Positions 35,687 through 46,320 of a DNA stretch of 64,000 bases are shown piece by piece; positions within the stretch are counted from its first letter, which is position 1; each line of letters opens with the position of its first letter. The position numbers and the translations under genes were made by a program. The notes beneath the pieces were generated by a model, which had not been told where the DNA came from, did not search any database, and saw nothing but the letters and a program-made list of their open reading frames with translations. The DNA comes from a virus: positions 1 to 64,000 of IMG/VR virus record IMGVR_UViG_3300010388_000228; one strand, given 5' to 3'.

Positions 35687-37150
35687 TTATTTCCAGTCTA
35701 TTTTATTAATGTCGAATTCGTATTTTGCATCTTTATAAAATTTCTTTCGTTCTGCAAGATGTCGTTTAGCATACTTACACGTACTTGTTACATCGTAAAT
35801 TTGTACAAAATCTTTATCATGGGCTTTTCTAATACCTCTACCGATACTTTGAATTACTCGTGTAAAACTTTTACCTGCTTCAATTAGTACTAAGTTAAAG
35901 ATACGTGGAATGTTAATACCTACAGCTGCTACACCGTATGTAGCTACAATAATTTTATTTGATGATGTTTTAATTTCGTCGTATTCTGTTTTTCTATCTT
36001 TTGTTTTTACACTGCCTGATACAAAAACTGCATCTGGAATGTTTTCAAGTATTATATTACCGCTTTCTATACGTCCTACTAATACTAATGTGTTACCAGT
36101 TTCTGCAATTATTTTAATTTGTTCACTAATGTATCTCATTCGATCTTCATTAGTAACTTGATACTTTAATTCGTCAGTATACGATCTAAATGACGGTAAG
36201 TCAATCAGTTGTAACACCTTAACATGACACGCAGATAACACACCTGCATCTTGTAATTCATGTGCTTTAATACCGCCTACTACTGGTCCAATGCTTGCAA
36301 ATATTTGTTCGTATTCGAACTTTTCTTTAGGAACTGTTCCTGTTAATCCCCAACGAATTGGTGCATTACATAAGTTATGTGTAAGTAGATTTTTTAATAC
36401 ATCGGCTTTTGCCATATGTACTTCGTCAACAATTACTGCGCTTACGCCGTCTAAAAATTCTGCTAATGTTACAATATCATGTTCTGAGTTTTTACTTTTC
36501 TTATCTAATATATTAAGGCTTTGCCACGTACATATTGTATGTGTTTTGTTTAAGTCCTTGCGGTCACCGTAATACATACCGACATCTAAATCAACATTTA
36601 CAAAGTCTTCATGTGTTTGTTCTACTAAACTTTTGTTTGGTACAATAACTATAGTACGTCCTTGCGACTCACAGATATGTGCTAGTGTAGCAGTTGTAAT
36701 CGTTTTACCTGCACCGGTTGCAATCTCCTGTAATGCTTGTGGTTGTGTTAAAAACTTATTAATAGCGTCTACTTGGTAATCACGTAACATAATCGGCTTA
36801 CCTGCATCATTGTGGCCTTCTGGCCACACTTTACCTAAGTCTGCCCAATATGTTTCTGTTACTGGTGTAAATGCTAAGTTAAATGGTTTACGTAAATCTT
36901 CAATATCATCAATAGCTACACCCATCTTATTAAGGATTGCAAGTATTGATTCTAAGTTGTTTAAGTATCCAGTTCCACCTATGCCAAATAAGCTAACAGT
37001 ACCGTCCCATCTACCTAATTTAAATGCAGGCTGATATCTAGCATATGGTACTTCATATTTAAATGCACTTGCTAATTTCTTTCTTGCATCTAACGGTAGA
37101 TGCTCAAATTTGATGTTAACTTCGTCTTTTATTACTAATTTGACTCCCAT
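35687..37150 (-). CDS. uvsW: UvsW-like SF2 helicase
   Basis: LRDYQ, ATGAGKT, DEVH, GLTGT, AVGINIP, QSIGRGIR. Confidence 0.9.
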   Translation of the reverse strand: MGVKLVIKDEVNIKFEHLPLDARKKLASAFKYEVPYARYQPAFKLGRWDGTVSLFGIGGTGYLNNLESILAILNKMGVAIDDIEDLRKPFNLAFTPVTETYWADLGKVWPEGHNDAGKPIMLRDYQVDAINKFLTQPQALQEIATGAGKTITTATLAHICESQGRTIVIVPNKSLVEQTHEDFVNVDLDVGMYYGDRKDLNKTHTICTWQSLNILDKKSKNSEHDIVTLAEFLDGVSAVIVDEVHMAKADVLKNLLTHNLCNAPIRWGLTGTVPKEKFEYEQIFASIGPVVGGIKAHELQDAGVLSACHVKVLQLIDLPSFRSYTDELKYQVTNEDRMRYISEQIKIIAETGNTLVLVGRIESGNIILENIPDAVFVSGSVKTKDRKTEYDEIKTSSNKIIVATYGVAAVGINIPRIFNLVLIEAGKSFTRVIQSIGRGIRKAHDKDFVQIYDVTSTCKYAKRHLAERKKFYKDAKYEFDINKIDWK

Positions 37151-38361
37151 TTATTCCTCGTTTCTATAATTGGTTCTACTGGTACATGCGATATAACTAA
37201 GTCACATCGATTAGCATATACTGCAGTTTTACTATGGCGTAATGTATTTTTAATACACAGCACACTCATTGGTTGCCATTTTTCTTTAAGAAAGAATTTA
37301 GGTAGTTTACCACCTAACACTGCTGCAACCTGCGTATCGTTGTTCAACACACTATTATACTGCCTTTTTCCAATTGCGTCATTAAATATCTTTCCATCAG
37401 GTGTGTTATCTAATCTAAAATGGAATCCAATGTTATCAGTAATACCGTTTGATGTTAACGCATGTGCTAATTCGTTAAATTGTGTTATTGTAATAAGATC
37501 AGTTGATTGTTCGAACACTACTAGTAGTGGAAATCGTTTTAATTCAATTAATGATTTAATAACATCGTTAATTGAATACGCATTACTATTAACCCATATT
37601 TTAGTTTTTTCACGATTTGCAATATTCTTTGTTAATTCATACTCGGTTTGAAAATCGTCAATTTTTGTTGTGTATTGATATCTCAATCTGCGATCATTTA
37701 TAATTGCAGGCGGTAAGTTAGATATATCGCCAAGATCAGATGCAATACAATCTTGAAATCTTGGGTAAGGCATTTTATTAAGGTTGTACATATCTTCAAT
37801 ATCTGATTTGTCCCATAACTTAATAGTAGTATAGTAGTCTCGTAATGTTGTTTCAATTTCAAAGTTATACGGAGTTAATTTTTCAATAATTGCTACTAAG
37901 TTTTCTTCAGTAAAATCTGCATAGTATAACGAACCGGATTTTACTTGCCATAAGATTTCAGCAAGCGGTTTTAACTCATTACGGATTATAGAAGAAAATG
38001 TAAAGTCAATTGCAATTACACCTGTATAGTTTTCCTTTAATAAGTGAATATTAATTTGATTAGAGCCTGCTGGAATATGATATATCTTTTTTATATCAGG
38101 TAATACACGGAAGTCTTTTTTCCACAGCGGATCGTTAATATACTCTGCATAGTCCGAGTTAGCTAACAGCATAAACGGCGCATACAGTTGATTGCTTAAT
38201 ATTTGAAGTAACAAATTACTTTGTTTTTCGGTAATGTAAGTATCGGTTTGCATTGCATTGTGTAAACTTTGCAATGTGCGAGTGTCTCTTGATGAGAAAG
38301 GAAGGGTAGTTGTCATTGCTTCTAAAAATACAAAATGAAGCAAACTATCAATTGTTTTCAT
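37135..38361 (-). CDS. hypothetical protein
   Basis: 408-aa ORF coupled to uvsW. Confidence 0.65.
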   Translation of the reverse strand: MKTIDSLLHFVFLEAMTTTLPFSSRDTRTLQSLHNAMQTDTYITEKQSNLLLQILSNQLYAPFMLLANSDYAEYINDPLWKKDFRVLPDIKKIYHIPAGSNQINIHLLKENYTGVIAIDFTFSSIIRNELKPLAEILWQVKSGSLYYADFTEENLVAIIEKLTPYNFEIETTLRDYYTTIKLWDKSDIEDMYNLNKMPYPRFQDCIASDLGDISNLPPAIINDRRLRYQYTTKIDDFQTEYELTKNIANREKTKIWVNSNAYSINDVIKSLIELKRFPLLVVFEQSTDLITITQFNELAHALTSNGITDNIGFHFRLDNTPDGKIFNDAIGKRQYNSVLNNDTQVAAVLGGKLPKFFLKEKWQPMSVLCIKNTLRHSKTAVYANRCDLVISHVPVEPIIETRNKWESN

Positions 38362-38408
38362 GTGTTATACACCTATAAAAGTAACGGGCACTAAGCCCGT
38401 CATAATAA

Positions 38409-38864
38409 TTAAAGAGTTGCGTCTTCCATGCCTGCACATCTTAATCGTATAATGTTGCTTAATGCATACGATTTTTGATCTAAGGCTTTTGTAATACCCA
38501 ACCATTGATTTCTCAGTAACGCAAATTCATTTATAATCTTTTCATATTCGATTACTTCGTCTTCACCTTCTACATATTTTTCACAGTCGCGACTACTTAA
38601 TGCTCTTGCGTATGTTTCTAAATACTTTCTAAAGTGATAACTCTTTAATCTTTTAAATTCAATGTTAAGGAACTCTAGGATAGCTTCAATTTCTTGAAGC
38701 TGTCCATATCTGTGTTCTACAATGCCTGGCATTGCAGCAGATGCTTTTTCTACGTTCCCTGCTATTTTACATTCTTTTTTGGCATCTGTCAACTCTGCTT
38801 CAAAGTGCAGAATACCATCAGGCAATCTTGTAATATCTCTAGTAATTGTAGAATACCAACTCAT
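38409..38864 (-). CDS. uvsY: UvsY-like recombination mediator
   Basis: Helical ~150 aa, Y.RALSSRD.EKYVEGE..KALDQK..L.N; close to uvsX. Confidence 0.65.
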   Translation of the reverse strand: MSWYSTITRDITRLPDGILHFEAELTDAKKECKIAGNVEKASAAMPGIVEHRYGQLQEIEAILEFLNIEFKRLKSYHFRKYLETYARALSSRDCEKYVEGEDEVIEYEKIINEFALLRNQWLGITKALDQKSYALSNIIRLRCAGMEDATL

Positions 38865-39097
38865 TAGAACTCCAGTTCGTCGTAGCCGTCGTCTTCGTCT
38901 TCATTATCTTCAAGATAATAATTAATTGCTTGATCTAATGTAGGGTCAATGCCAGTTGCACCTAAAAAGGTACGATCAGTAGCACCAAAGTCTGCAAGCA
39001 ATTCAATAAATCTTTCAGCAGCAATTTCTGCTTGCTTTTTATCAATATAATCTGCAAACAATAACCATACATCAGCAATTTGTGTTTCATTCAACAT
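38864..39097 (-). CDS. small acidic hypothetical protein
   Basis: MLNETQIADVW...EDEDDGYDELEF. Confidence 0.6.
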   Translation of the reverse strand: MLNETQIADVWLLFADYIDKKQAEIAAERFIELLADFGATDRTFLGATGIDPTLDQAINYYLEDNEDEDDGYDELEF

Positions 39098-40175
39098 CGT
39101 CATTCTCCATAACGTAATCATTGAGTTCATCTGTATCATCAATATCAGAAGATAATACAGGCATATCAGTAAATTCATTCATTGCTCTTAGTAGAGCATC
39201 GTTTGCATTACTTTCCCACTCTTTACGGTATTGTTTAATTTCAGTACCATCAGTAGCCACGTATTTAAGTCTATTACCATCTTTTGATAGAATACCTTTT
39301 TTCTCAAATAAGTCAACTAATCCGCTAAATGGATTCATACCTGTAGTATACGGAATTTTAATTTGCAACGACTCAAATGGTTTAGCATAACGTGTTTTCA
39401 TAATTTTACATGAGGCACGAATACCGTTAACTTCGCTAACTTTGTTACCATCTAGATCTTCTTTTAGTTTAAGTTTTTTCATTGCAACTACAATACTAGA
39501 TGCATAGATAAACCCTTGACCGCCTGAAATTTTGTCATCTGGATCAAACATATCTTGTGATGCATAACTATGGTTAGTACATACTAGTCCTACATTATGA
39601 CTACCAAACATATTAACACAGTTACGAACAAGTGCTGTAAGTGCTTTAGGTTTACGACCCATATCACCTTTTAAATCACCTGCTTCGAATTGATTAATGT
39701 CTGTTGGAGTTAATAACATACCTAGTGAATCTACTACAAATAAGACTTTTGGTTTGTCTTCCATAGCTTTATATTCTTTCATAAACTCACTGATAGTTTT
39801 AGCTACGTCATCAATCATAGCCATGTTAAGTTTAAGAAGTTTTTCTTCACTTGTGTCTACACCTAATGCGTGTAGCCAAGCTTCGTCTAATGCGTTTTCA
39901 GAATCGATCAGTACTACATAGATGTTCTGTTCTTGCGCGTGTTTAATGATGTTACCTGAACAAATATAACTTTTACCTGCACCTGATTCTCCTGCAAACA
40001 CAGTTACTTTGCCTAATGGTATACCTTTGTTGAAATCTGAACTAATAAGGTAGTTAAGTGCATAGTTGCCTGTACTAACCCAATCTGTAGGATCGTTAAA
40101 GCCTACACCTAGGCCATCAATGCTTTTTGTTAGAGTTTTTCGAAATTTTGTTAAATCAAAGGGACGAGTAGCCAT
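39087..40175 (-). CDS. uvsX: RecA/UvsX recombinase
   Basis: STGNYALN, AGESGAGKS, IDSENALD, VVDSLG, ISGGQG. Confidence 0.9.
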   Translation of the reverse strand: MATRPFDLTKFRKTLTKSIDGLGVGFNDPTDWVSTGNYALNYLISSDFNKGIPLGKVTVFAGESGAGKSYICSGNIIKHAQEQNIYVVLIDSENALDEAWLHALGVDTSEEKLLKLNMAMIDDVAKTISEFMKEYKAMEDKPKVLFVVDSLGMLLTPTDINQFEAGDLKGDMGRKPKALTALVRNCVNMFGSHNVGLVCTNHSYASQDMFDPDDKISGGQGFIYASSIVVAMKKLKLKEDLDGNKVSEVNGIRASCKIMKTRYAKPFESLQIKIPYTTGMNPFSGLVDLFEKKGILSKDGNRLKYVATDGTEIKQYRKEWESNANDALLRAMNEFTDMPVLSSDIDDTDELNDYVMENDDVE

Positions 40176-40918
40176 TAGTTATCTCCGTGTGTTAGTTTTC
40201 TATTTTCTTTTTTGTTATGTTTGCCAAACCGATCTTTACGTTCTTCTGCTGTCATTTTAGATATTTGTTCTTTCTTTATATTACTCATTTTTTTACATAT
40301 TTCTGCATTATGAGTATACTCTAATTTTGCTTGAGATTCTCTCATTTTTTGTTTAGTTTCATCAGTATGCTTCATACCGATATGACCATTAGATTTACCT
40401 TTTTTTGCTAAAGAAATTGCCAATTTTCTCTCTTCAGACATAGGGCCTCTAAGTTTTCCACTTAATGATGCTTTTATTTTTTGACGCTGTTCGTTGGTAA
40501 ATCCTCGGCGTTTAGCAGATGCACTCATTTTCTTAATAGTTTCAACCGAATGACGCTTATTGAGCATTCCGGTAATACCTTGTTTAATATTCTCTCTCAT
40601 TTTTTTTCGAGTTGATGGTCCTGGATTTATTAATCCATCGCCGCCATCTGTTAAATTGTGTAATATTCCAGTACCAATATCCTTTCTACCATAAAACGAT
40701 ATTAACTCTATTTCTAATGAAATTGCTGCTGACTCGAATAAATTTTCTTTTATGAATTTAATTTTTGATTTATCTTTTGGAACGCCGATTCTACCATGCG
40801 TCTCAAACGCTCGATTTTTTTTACCTTTACCGATATAATACGGGGTATTATCAGATTTTCTTAAATAACTGTAAACATAAAAAATAGGGGTATTATTATC
40901 AAAGGGTTTTGTTGCCAT
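40175..40918 (-). mobile_element. free-standing GIY-YIG homing endonuclease with NUMOD3 repeats
   Basis: [23 protein letters not shown]; [20 protein letters not shown] and [10 protein letters not shown] repeats. Confidence 0.85.
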
Positions 40919-40977
40919 GAGGATACTCCTAATAATGTAGTGTAGCAAGACCCCTTGCTACACTAATCACTTGTATA

Positions 40978-41982
40978 TTAAGCGCCGCGGTTTCTAATTT
41001 TTGCTAAGATATCAGCTGCTCTTGAATCACTTGCAGGTGCTGCTTCAGCTACTGCAGGTGGTGGAGTATATGCGTTAACAATACCGGCTGGTTCATCCCA
41101 TGGCATTTCTTCAGTAGTATGCACTGCAGGTGCAACAACAGGTGCTACCGTAGCAACGGGAGTTGCAACTGATGCAGGTGCGTCGCTTTCTGAAATACCA
41201 TATGGTCTAAAGTATTTTCCCCAACGTTCAATGTCGTATGCTTCGCCATTAACTGATGCTTCAAACATTTCCATCATAACTTTAAGTTCAACTTCGTTTG
41301 GTTTTTTAGGTAAGTACTCTGATAAATCAGGTAAACCATATTTGTCAATTGCTGCGCGTTCTTCTTCACCGAGTGGACGTGTACGTCTGCTCCATGTAGA
41401 AGTAGAGTAATCTGCATAACCGCCTTTTGTACCAACCTTTAAACGGAAATCAAATCCGTTAACGTAGTCTGTAGGTAATTCTGTAAATTCGTCGTCAAGC
41501 AATGCTGCGTGGATTAATTTGTAAATTTGTGGACCAATCACAAATCTACGAATTGGATTTTCAGGTTTTTCTTGTTCGCCAAGACCGTCTTCAGGAACAA
41601 ATCCGTGGAAGATATATGATTTCTTTTTCCAGTATTTACGACCCATTTCTTCTAATGAAGGATCTTTAAACCAAGGACGCACTTCTGAAAGAATTGGACA
41701 TACTGAACCGTCGTTGTACATTTCAACGCATGGTACATTTACTACTACTGGTTTGCTATCGGTACGACCTTTGATACCTGCGAAAGGTAATTTGATTACA
41801 GAACGTTCAGCCCAGAAAAAAGTATTGTTTGGGTTGCCGTCTGGTAAGAATCTAAAAACTGCTTCACCACCGTTTTTAATAGTCCAGAAAGGATAAATTG
41901 ATTTATCACCGCCTGTGTTGCTATCTGTACTACGTGTTTCTGCCGCTTTTAATTTTGCTCTGATTTCTGCTAATGTTGCCAT
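40978..41982 (-). CDS. gp32: single-stranded DNA-binding protein (gp32-like)
   Basis: FRFLPD, C..C, YWKKKSY, PTDYVNGFDFRL, YADYSTS; C-terminal ADILAKIRNR. Confidence 0.8.
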   Translation of the reverse strand: MATLAEIRAKLKAAETRSTDSNTGGDKSIYPFWTIKNGGEAVFRFLPDGNPNNTFFWAERSVIKLPFAGIKGRTDSKPVVVNVPCVEMYNDGSVCPILSEVRPWFKDPSLEEMGRKYWKKKSYIFHGFVPEDGLGEQEKPENPIRRFVIGPQIYKLIHAALLDDEFTELPTDYVNGFDFRLKVGTKGGYADYSTSTWSRRTRPLGEEERAAIDKYGLPDLSEYLPKKPNEVELKVMMEMFEASVNGEAYDIERWGKYFRPYGISESDAPASVATPVATVAPVVAPAVHTTEEMPWDEPAGIVNAYTPPPAVAEAAPASDSRAADILAKIRNRGA

Positions 41983-42174
41983 ATTATAATTTCCTATTGT
42001 GTTTTGAGTTAACACACAGATTTTACTCTGTGTGTTATATAGCCTAAGTGTTTTATTACTAATATTTTTTTGTTTTATACTAATATATAAGTTGCCTTAC
42101 TTTTAAAGTATGTGCATATTATATACTCTATTATTTATATGAGCAAGTGAAATCTTTCACTTTTTCAATTTATT

Positions 42175-43251
42175 TTACCATTTTGCTAATTGTATAATTC
42201 TAGCTAAACTATCTTCTTGACCGAATGTAACCGATTCACGCATACCTTGGAAATTAACACCTAGCGGTCCCTGCGCAGTTGATGCAGTAGATGGCGGAGT
42301 TGCAGGTATTGCAGCATTTGCCGCTTGCGCTACATTGCGTGTAAGCGTATCAGGGCTGTTAAGGTTAGATTGTCCTTGTGCAACCGCTTGTTGTGATGCT
42401 GCAGTCTTTTGTGATTGTTGACCATGGTACATGTTGATCGCATGCTGCTCATCTGATGGAAGATTTACATACGCTGCGTTTGCTGCAAGATTTGCATCGG
42501 TTTGAGCGTTACCTGATGATACAGTACCGTCGGGATTAACATATCCTGCAGTACCGGGTGCTGCTTTTTGAGCTGCTGCCGGGTGTGCTGCTGCCGGGTG
42601 TGCTGCTGCCGGGTGTGCTGCTGCCGGATGTGCTGCTGCCGGATGTGCTGCTGCAGCTGGTTTATTCCCAGCCATTTGGAATCCAGCAGGTGGTTGAATG
42701 CCAGCTCTTGCTAGAGCCTGCATTGTTTGCGCACCAATTAATCCGTCAGTTGCTAATGGTTTACCGAATTGATCTTTATTCACTTTTTGAAATGCAATGA
42801 TTTCGTCACGTGTAGTTGGCCATTTTCCGGGAGGAGTAGCTGTTGTTGGTTTTGCGCTTGTACCTTGTTGGGTCGGCTGAGTAGTTTGACCGGATGCTTT
42901 TTTTGCATCTAACTCCTGTTGAGCGTAACTTACATGTTGATGTTTGTGCGGTGTAACAGGTTGTTGCTGAGTTTGCTGATTAGCAACAGGTTGTTGCTGA
43001 GTTTGCTGATTAGCAACAGGTTGTTGAGCAGTAGGTTCTAACTGTTGAAAAAATGCATTAGGATCAGTAAGTACACCTGAGTTATCAGCATTTTTATTAG
43101 CAGCTGCAGTAGCAGCTGCAGCTGCTTCGCCTTGTTTTCGAGTAGCAATACGCTGCTTTGCAGCATCCATCGAAGCATCTTCGTAAATTGCTAATTTTTC
43201 TGTTAATTGTTTAACTCTAAATAAGAGCGCATTTTCTGTAATTTTTATCAT
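42175..43251 (-). CDS. low-complexity protein with peptidoglycan-binding (PG_binding_1-like) domain
   Basis: IIAFQK..LATDGLIGAQTMQAL; AAHPA and QQPVANQQT repeats. Confidence 0.65.
   Translation of the reverse strand: MIKITENALLFRVKQLTEKLAIYEDASMDAAKQRIATRKQGEAAAAATAAANKNADNSGVLTDPNAFFQQLEPTAQQPVANQQTQQQPVANQQTQQQPVTPHKHQHVSYAQQELDAKKASGQTTQPTQQGTSAKPTTATPPGKWPTTRDEIIAFQKVNKDQFGKPLATDGLIGAQTMQALARAGIQPPAGFQMAGNKPAAAAHPAAAHPAAAHPAAAHPAAAHPAAAQKAAPGTAGYVNPDGTVSSGNAQTDANLAANAAYVNLPSDEQHAINMYHGQQSQKTAASQQAVAQGQSNLNSPDTLTRNVAQAANAAIPATPPSTASTAQGPLGVNFQGMRESVTFGQEDSLARIIQLAKW
42570..42655 (-). repeat. 15-bp coding tandem repeat (AAHPA x5)
   Basis: tgctgctgccgggtg units. Confidence 0.85.
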
Positions 43252-43252
43252 C

Positions 43253-44011
43253 TTATCTCCATTGGGCTATTTGCAGTATTCTAGCTAAACTATCTTCTTG
43301 TTTAAAGGTAACACTTTCTGAAATGGTTGCAGTTGGATCTTCAAAAATTCCTGGTTCAGGCATATTTGCAGTAGGATCCCTGTATTCATCACCTTGTGGA
43401 TTATCAGGAGCAAATTGTTGATACTGTGCGTTATCAGCACCATTAGATTTCATAAATTCTTCCCAATCTAAAATTTGTTGTGTTTGAGGACCTAAAATAC
43501 CGTCAGCTTTGATGTTGTAACCTTTTGCTCTCAATTCATATTGTAATTTTTGAATAGCCGGATCAAACTTAGCCCCAGGTTTTTTTGGTATGCCAGCCGG
43601 ATGCTGAGGTGTTGGTTTAGATGCAGCACCATGTTGAGGCGCACCATACGCAGGAGCTTTATCTAAATCACTTAGATCTCCTACTTTATCTTCTGGAGGT
43701 ATAAACGATCCAGGATGGTCTTGTGCAAAACTAGTATCCGACACATTAAACTGGTGCGGGTCTACAGGCGGTGCTTCATATGGTTTAGGTTGTGCATTTA
43801 ACAAATTAGTTGCTAAGTCGGGTGCATCGCCTGCGCCTGTTGACGCTAATGGTCCTTTTTTCATTCTTTCTTTTGTAGCTTGTATGCTGCGAGTCTGATC
43901 ATCAAACGGACTAACACCGTGTACATTCCAATCAGCTTCATTAATAATTTGGATTAATTCTCTTAAAGAACTAACGGAATTTTGAAGCGCGGTTTCTAAA
44001 ATTTCTTTCAT
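43253..44011 (-). CDS. protein with peptidoglycan-binding domain, paralogous C-terminus to 42175..43251
   Basis: IQKLQYELRAKGYNIKADGILGPQT; ESVTFKQEDSLARILQIAQW. Confidence 0.65.
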   Translation of the reverse strand: MKEILETALQNSVSSLRELIQIINEADWNVHGVSPFDDQTRSIQATKERMKKGPLASTGAGDAPDLATNLLNAQPKPYEAPPVDPHQFNVSDTSFAQDHPGSFIPPEDKVGDLSDLDKAPAYGAPQHGAASKPTPQHPAGIPKKPGAKFDPAIQKLQYELRAKGYNIKADGILGPQTQQILDWEEFMKSNGADNAQYQQFAPDNPQGDEYRDPTANMPEPGIFEDPTATISESVTFKQEDSLARILQIAQWR

Positions 44012-46310
44012 AATTATTCCTCATTGTTTTACGAATTTTTTGTTTGTCTAAACTATCATATCGACGGCGACCGCCAAATCCTTGTAATTCTCTCATTAAC
44101 AACTCAATACTCTGGCCATCGTCATTATTATGATCAGTATGGCTAACTCCTGCTAATCGTAATACATCGTTTTGTTCTTGATCGGCTGAGCTAGGGTCTA
44201 ATTTGCTAACTTTATCTAATATATACTTTACATCGTCTTCTGTTGCGTCGTTGCCATACTCGCCGTCTTTAAAACTTTTAATAATTTTAATTTTAACTCT
44301 AGCACCGCCAATTGTGAAGTTTTCTTCTTCTTTATTCCAAAATCCTTCAATTGAATTTAGAATTCGTTGTTTAACAGGTAAGTTTTCCTCTTCTGGTTCA
44401 CCTCCGGCATCATCCATATCACATTCGCCAAATCCAGCTTCGCATGGTGTCATTCCGCTTTCTCTAATAAGATCGCGCATAGTCATACCTTCAGCAATCG
44501 GTGTATCTAAGTTAGCACCGGCAGCTTTAGCTTTAATAAGTTTAGCTTTGATTTTTGATTTTTTAGAATTAGCTCCTTCTTGAATCGGAGCTGCTGGAGG
44601 AACTTCACCTTCTGCACCTGGAGCTGCTGGAGGAACTTCACCTTCTGCACCCGGAGCTGCTGGAGGAACTTCACCGCCCTCTGGAGGAACTTCACCGCCC
44701 TCTGGAGGCATTCCGCCTAAATCTGGAGGCATTCCGCCACCGCCAAGTGCAGGCATGCCGCCGCCTAAATCTTCAGGAGGAGCGCCTGGATCTGCAGCCG
44801 GTGCAGGTGGAGGAGTTGATCCGTCGGCCATTGGTGGTAAATCAGTGCCGCCTAACTGGTCATCACCAAATTTTAATTCTCTTGCAACATCTGCATCTTT
44901 TCGTGTAATATATGCTTGCAATAATGCTCGTATATCTAAGTTTTCATCAACCTCAAGATCTTCGAGTTCATCAAAAAATGCAGGATCGTCAATTAACCCT
45001 CTTAACTCTGTCTTAAGAGTATCTAGATCTGGTCCTTGTTTAAGTTCATTTTGTAATTTATCATTTAATTTCTTAATGGCAGCAGTTCTTGCGTTTTTGT
45101 TGCTACTAAATATTTCATTTTCATCTTCCATCATAATGTGATGAATAAAAGATTCAAACGTTTCTTCTGGATCAAAACTTTCGTTCTTATGGCTCTTATA
45201 GCCTTTGTTTTTCATTGAGTGTGCTAATGCCCAAGGGTTATCAATTTCCTTGTGGTTCTTCATTGCTTTAACAGTACCTTCCCAACCTTTAGGAGCTTTT
45301 TCACCTAAGAAGTAATCTGAAGATAATTCACATACAGGCAATTCGCTTTCGTCTACAATGTTATATAAGAACGGAAATACTGATTTCATATCTTCATTAA
45401 ACGTGCGTACTGTTAATCGATCAATCCAGTCATTCATAACTGTTTCTGGAATTACTTTTTCTTCTTGCGTAGTAAATGATTCTGCAAATTGTTGATAATA
45501 TGCAGGACGTTGTAAGCTGTTAATTTCTTTTTTTACTAATTCAATGCGGTCAATTACGCGTGATGTAACATCTCCCATTGCTTCTGATATTTGTGATTGA
45601 CGATTAACGTAACCTTTAAATTTACGTAAACTTGCTAATTCTTCACTAAGTTTAGTAATGTGTTTACCAATATCGTCATACGGAATTCCACCGTGTTTAA
45701 TATGTTCTGCTAGTGCGCGAGCACCTTGTAAATGCTTATACGGATATTTAAATCGTTCACCATCTGCATTTTCTATGTATATGCATTCAATATGCATAGT
45801 ACGTCCAGCAGCTAACTCTGGGTTAATAGGTTGATTATGTTTAACTATTAATCGAGCTTCACCTAAGTCTTGGTAGCTCATTCTAGAAGTACCAAACATT
45901 TTACTTTCCATCATTGTTTGTTCCTTGGGTTTTGCTTGAAACTGATAGTCTCGTTTGTCTAAGTTGCTCTTTCCGATGTTTTGTACATCAAAGTTTAATA
46001 AGCGATTTTTAGCAAATTTTCTAAATGATCTTATAAATTTAAATGCATTGTGGTGTGTAGTATTTGACTTATCGTCTACTAGGTCTCCACTAACTTGCAC
46101 TACAACTCCGTCATCCAAATCTAAAGTAATAGTAATAGTCCCTAATGGCTCTCCGTCTTCAATGTATTCAAACTCAAAGAACCGTGCTTTTGGAATATCA
46201 ACTTTTTTACTCAATACTTCTGCATTTTCGTCGCCCATTTTAATGTTTGAGAAACGTGTTTCTATTTTGCCATAAAGGTCTTTAGCAATTTTATCTAAAT
46301 TATTGTCCAT
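43971..46310 (-). CDS. large acidic head-associated/hypothetical protein with Pro/Gly-rich linker
   Basis: Start reassigned to MDNNLDKIA (46310) after GATAAATA; PPEGGEV and PPAAPGAEGEV repeats; VLRLAG motif. Confidence 0.6.
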   Translation of the reverse strand: MDNNLDKIAKDLYGKIETRFSNIKMGDENAEVLSKKVDIPKARFFEFEYIEDGEPLGTITITLDLDDGVVVQVSGDLVDDKSNTTHHNAFKFIRSFRKFAKNRLLNFDVQNIGKSNLDKRDYQFQAKPKEQTMMESKMFGTSRMSYQDLGEARLIVKHNQPINPELAAGRTMHIECIYIENADGERFKYPYKHLQGARALAEHIKHGGIPYDDIGKHITKLSEELASLRKFKGYVNRQSQISEAMGDVTSRVIDRIELVKKEINSLQRPAYYQQFAESFTTQEEKVIPETVMNDWIDRLTVRTFNEDMKSVFPFLYNIVDESELPVCELSSDYFLGEKAPKGWEGTVKAMKNHKEIDNPWALAHSMKNKGYKSHKNESFDPEETFESFIHHIMMEDENEIFSSNKNARTAAIKKLNDKLQNELKQGPDLDTLKTELRGLIDDPAFFDELEDLEVDENLDIRALLQAYITRKDADVARELKFGDDQLGGTDLPPMADGSTPPPAPAADPGAPPEDLGGGMPALGGGGMPPDLGGMPPEGGEVPPEGGEVPPAAPGAEGEVPPAAPGAEGEVPPAAPIQEGANSKKSKIKAKLIKAKAAGANLDTPIAEGMTMRDLIRESGMTPCEAGFGECDMDDAGGEPEEENLPVKQRILNSIEGFWNKEEENFTIGGARVKIKIIKSFKDGEYGNDATEDDVKYILDKVSKLDPSSADQEQNDVLRLAGVSHTDHNNDDGQSIELLMRELQGFGGRRRYDSLDKQKIRKTMRNNYERNFRNRASKFR

Positions 46311-46320
46311 ATTATATTTA

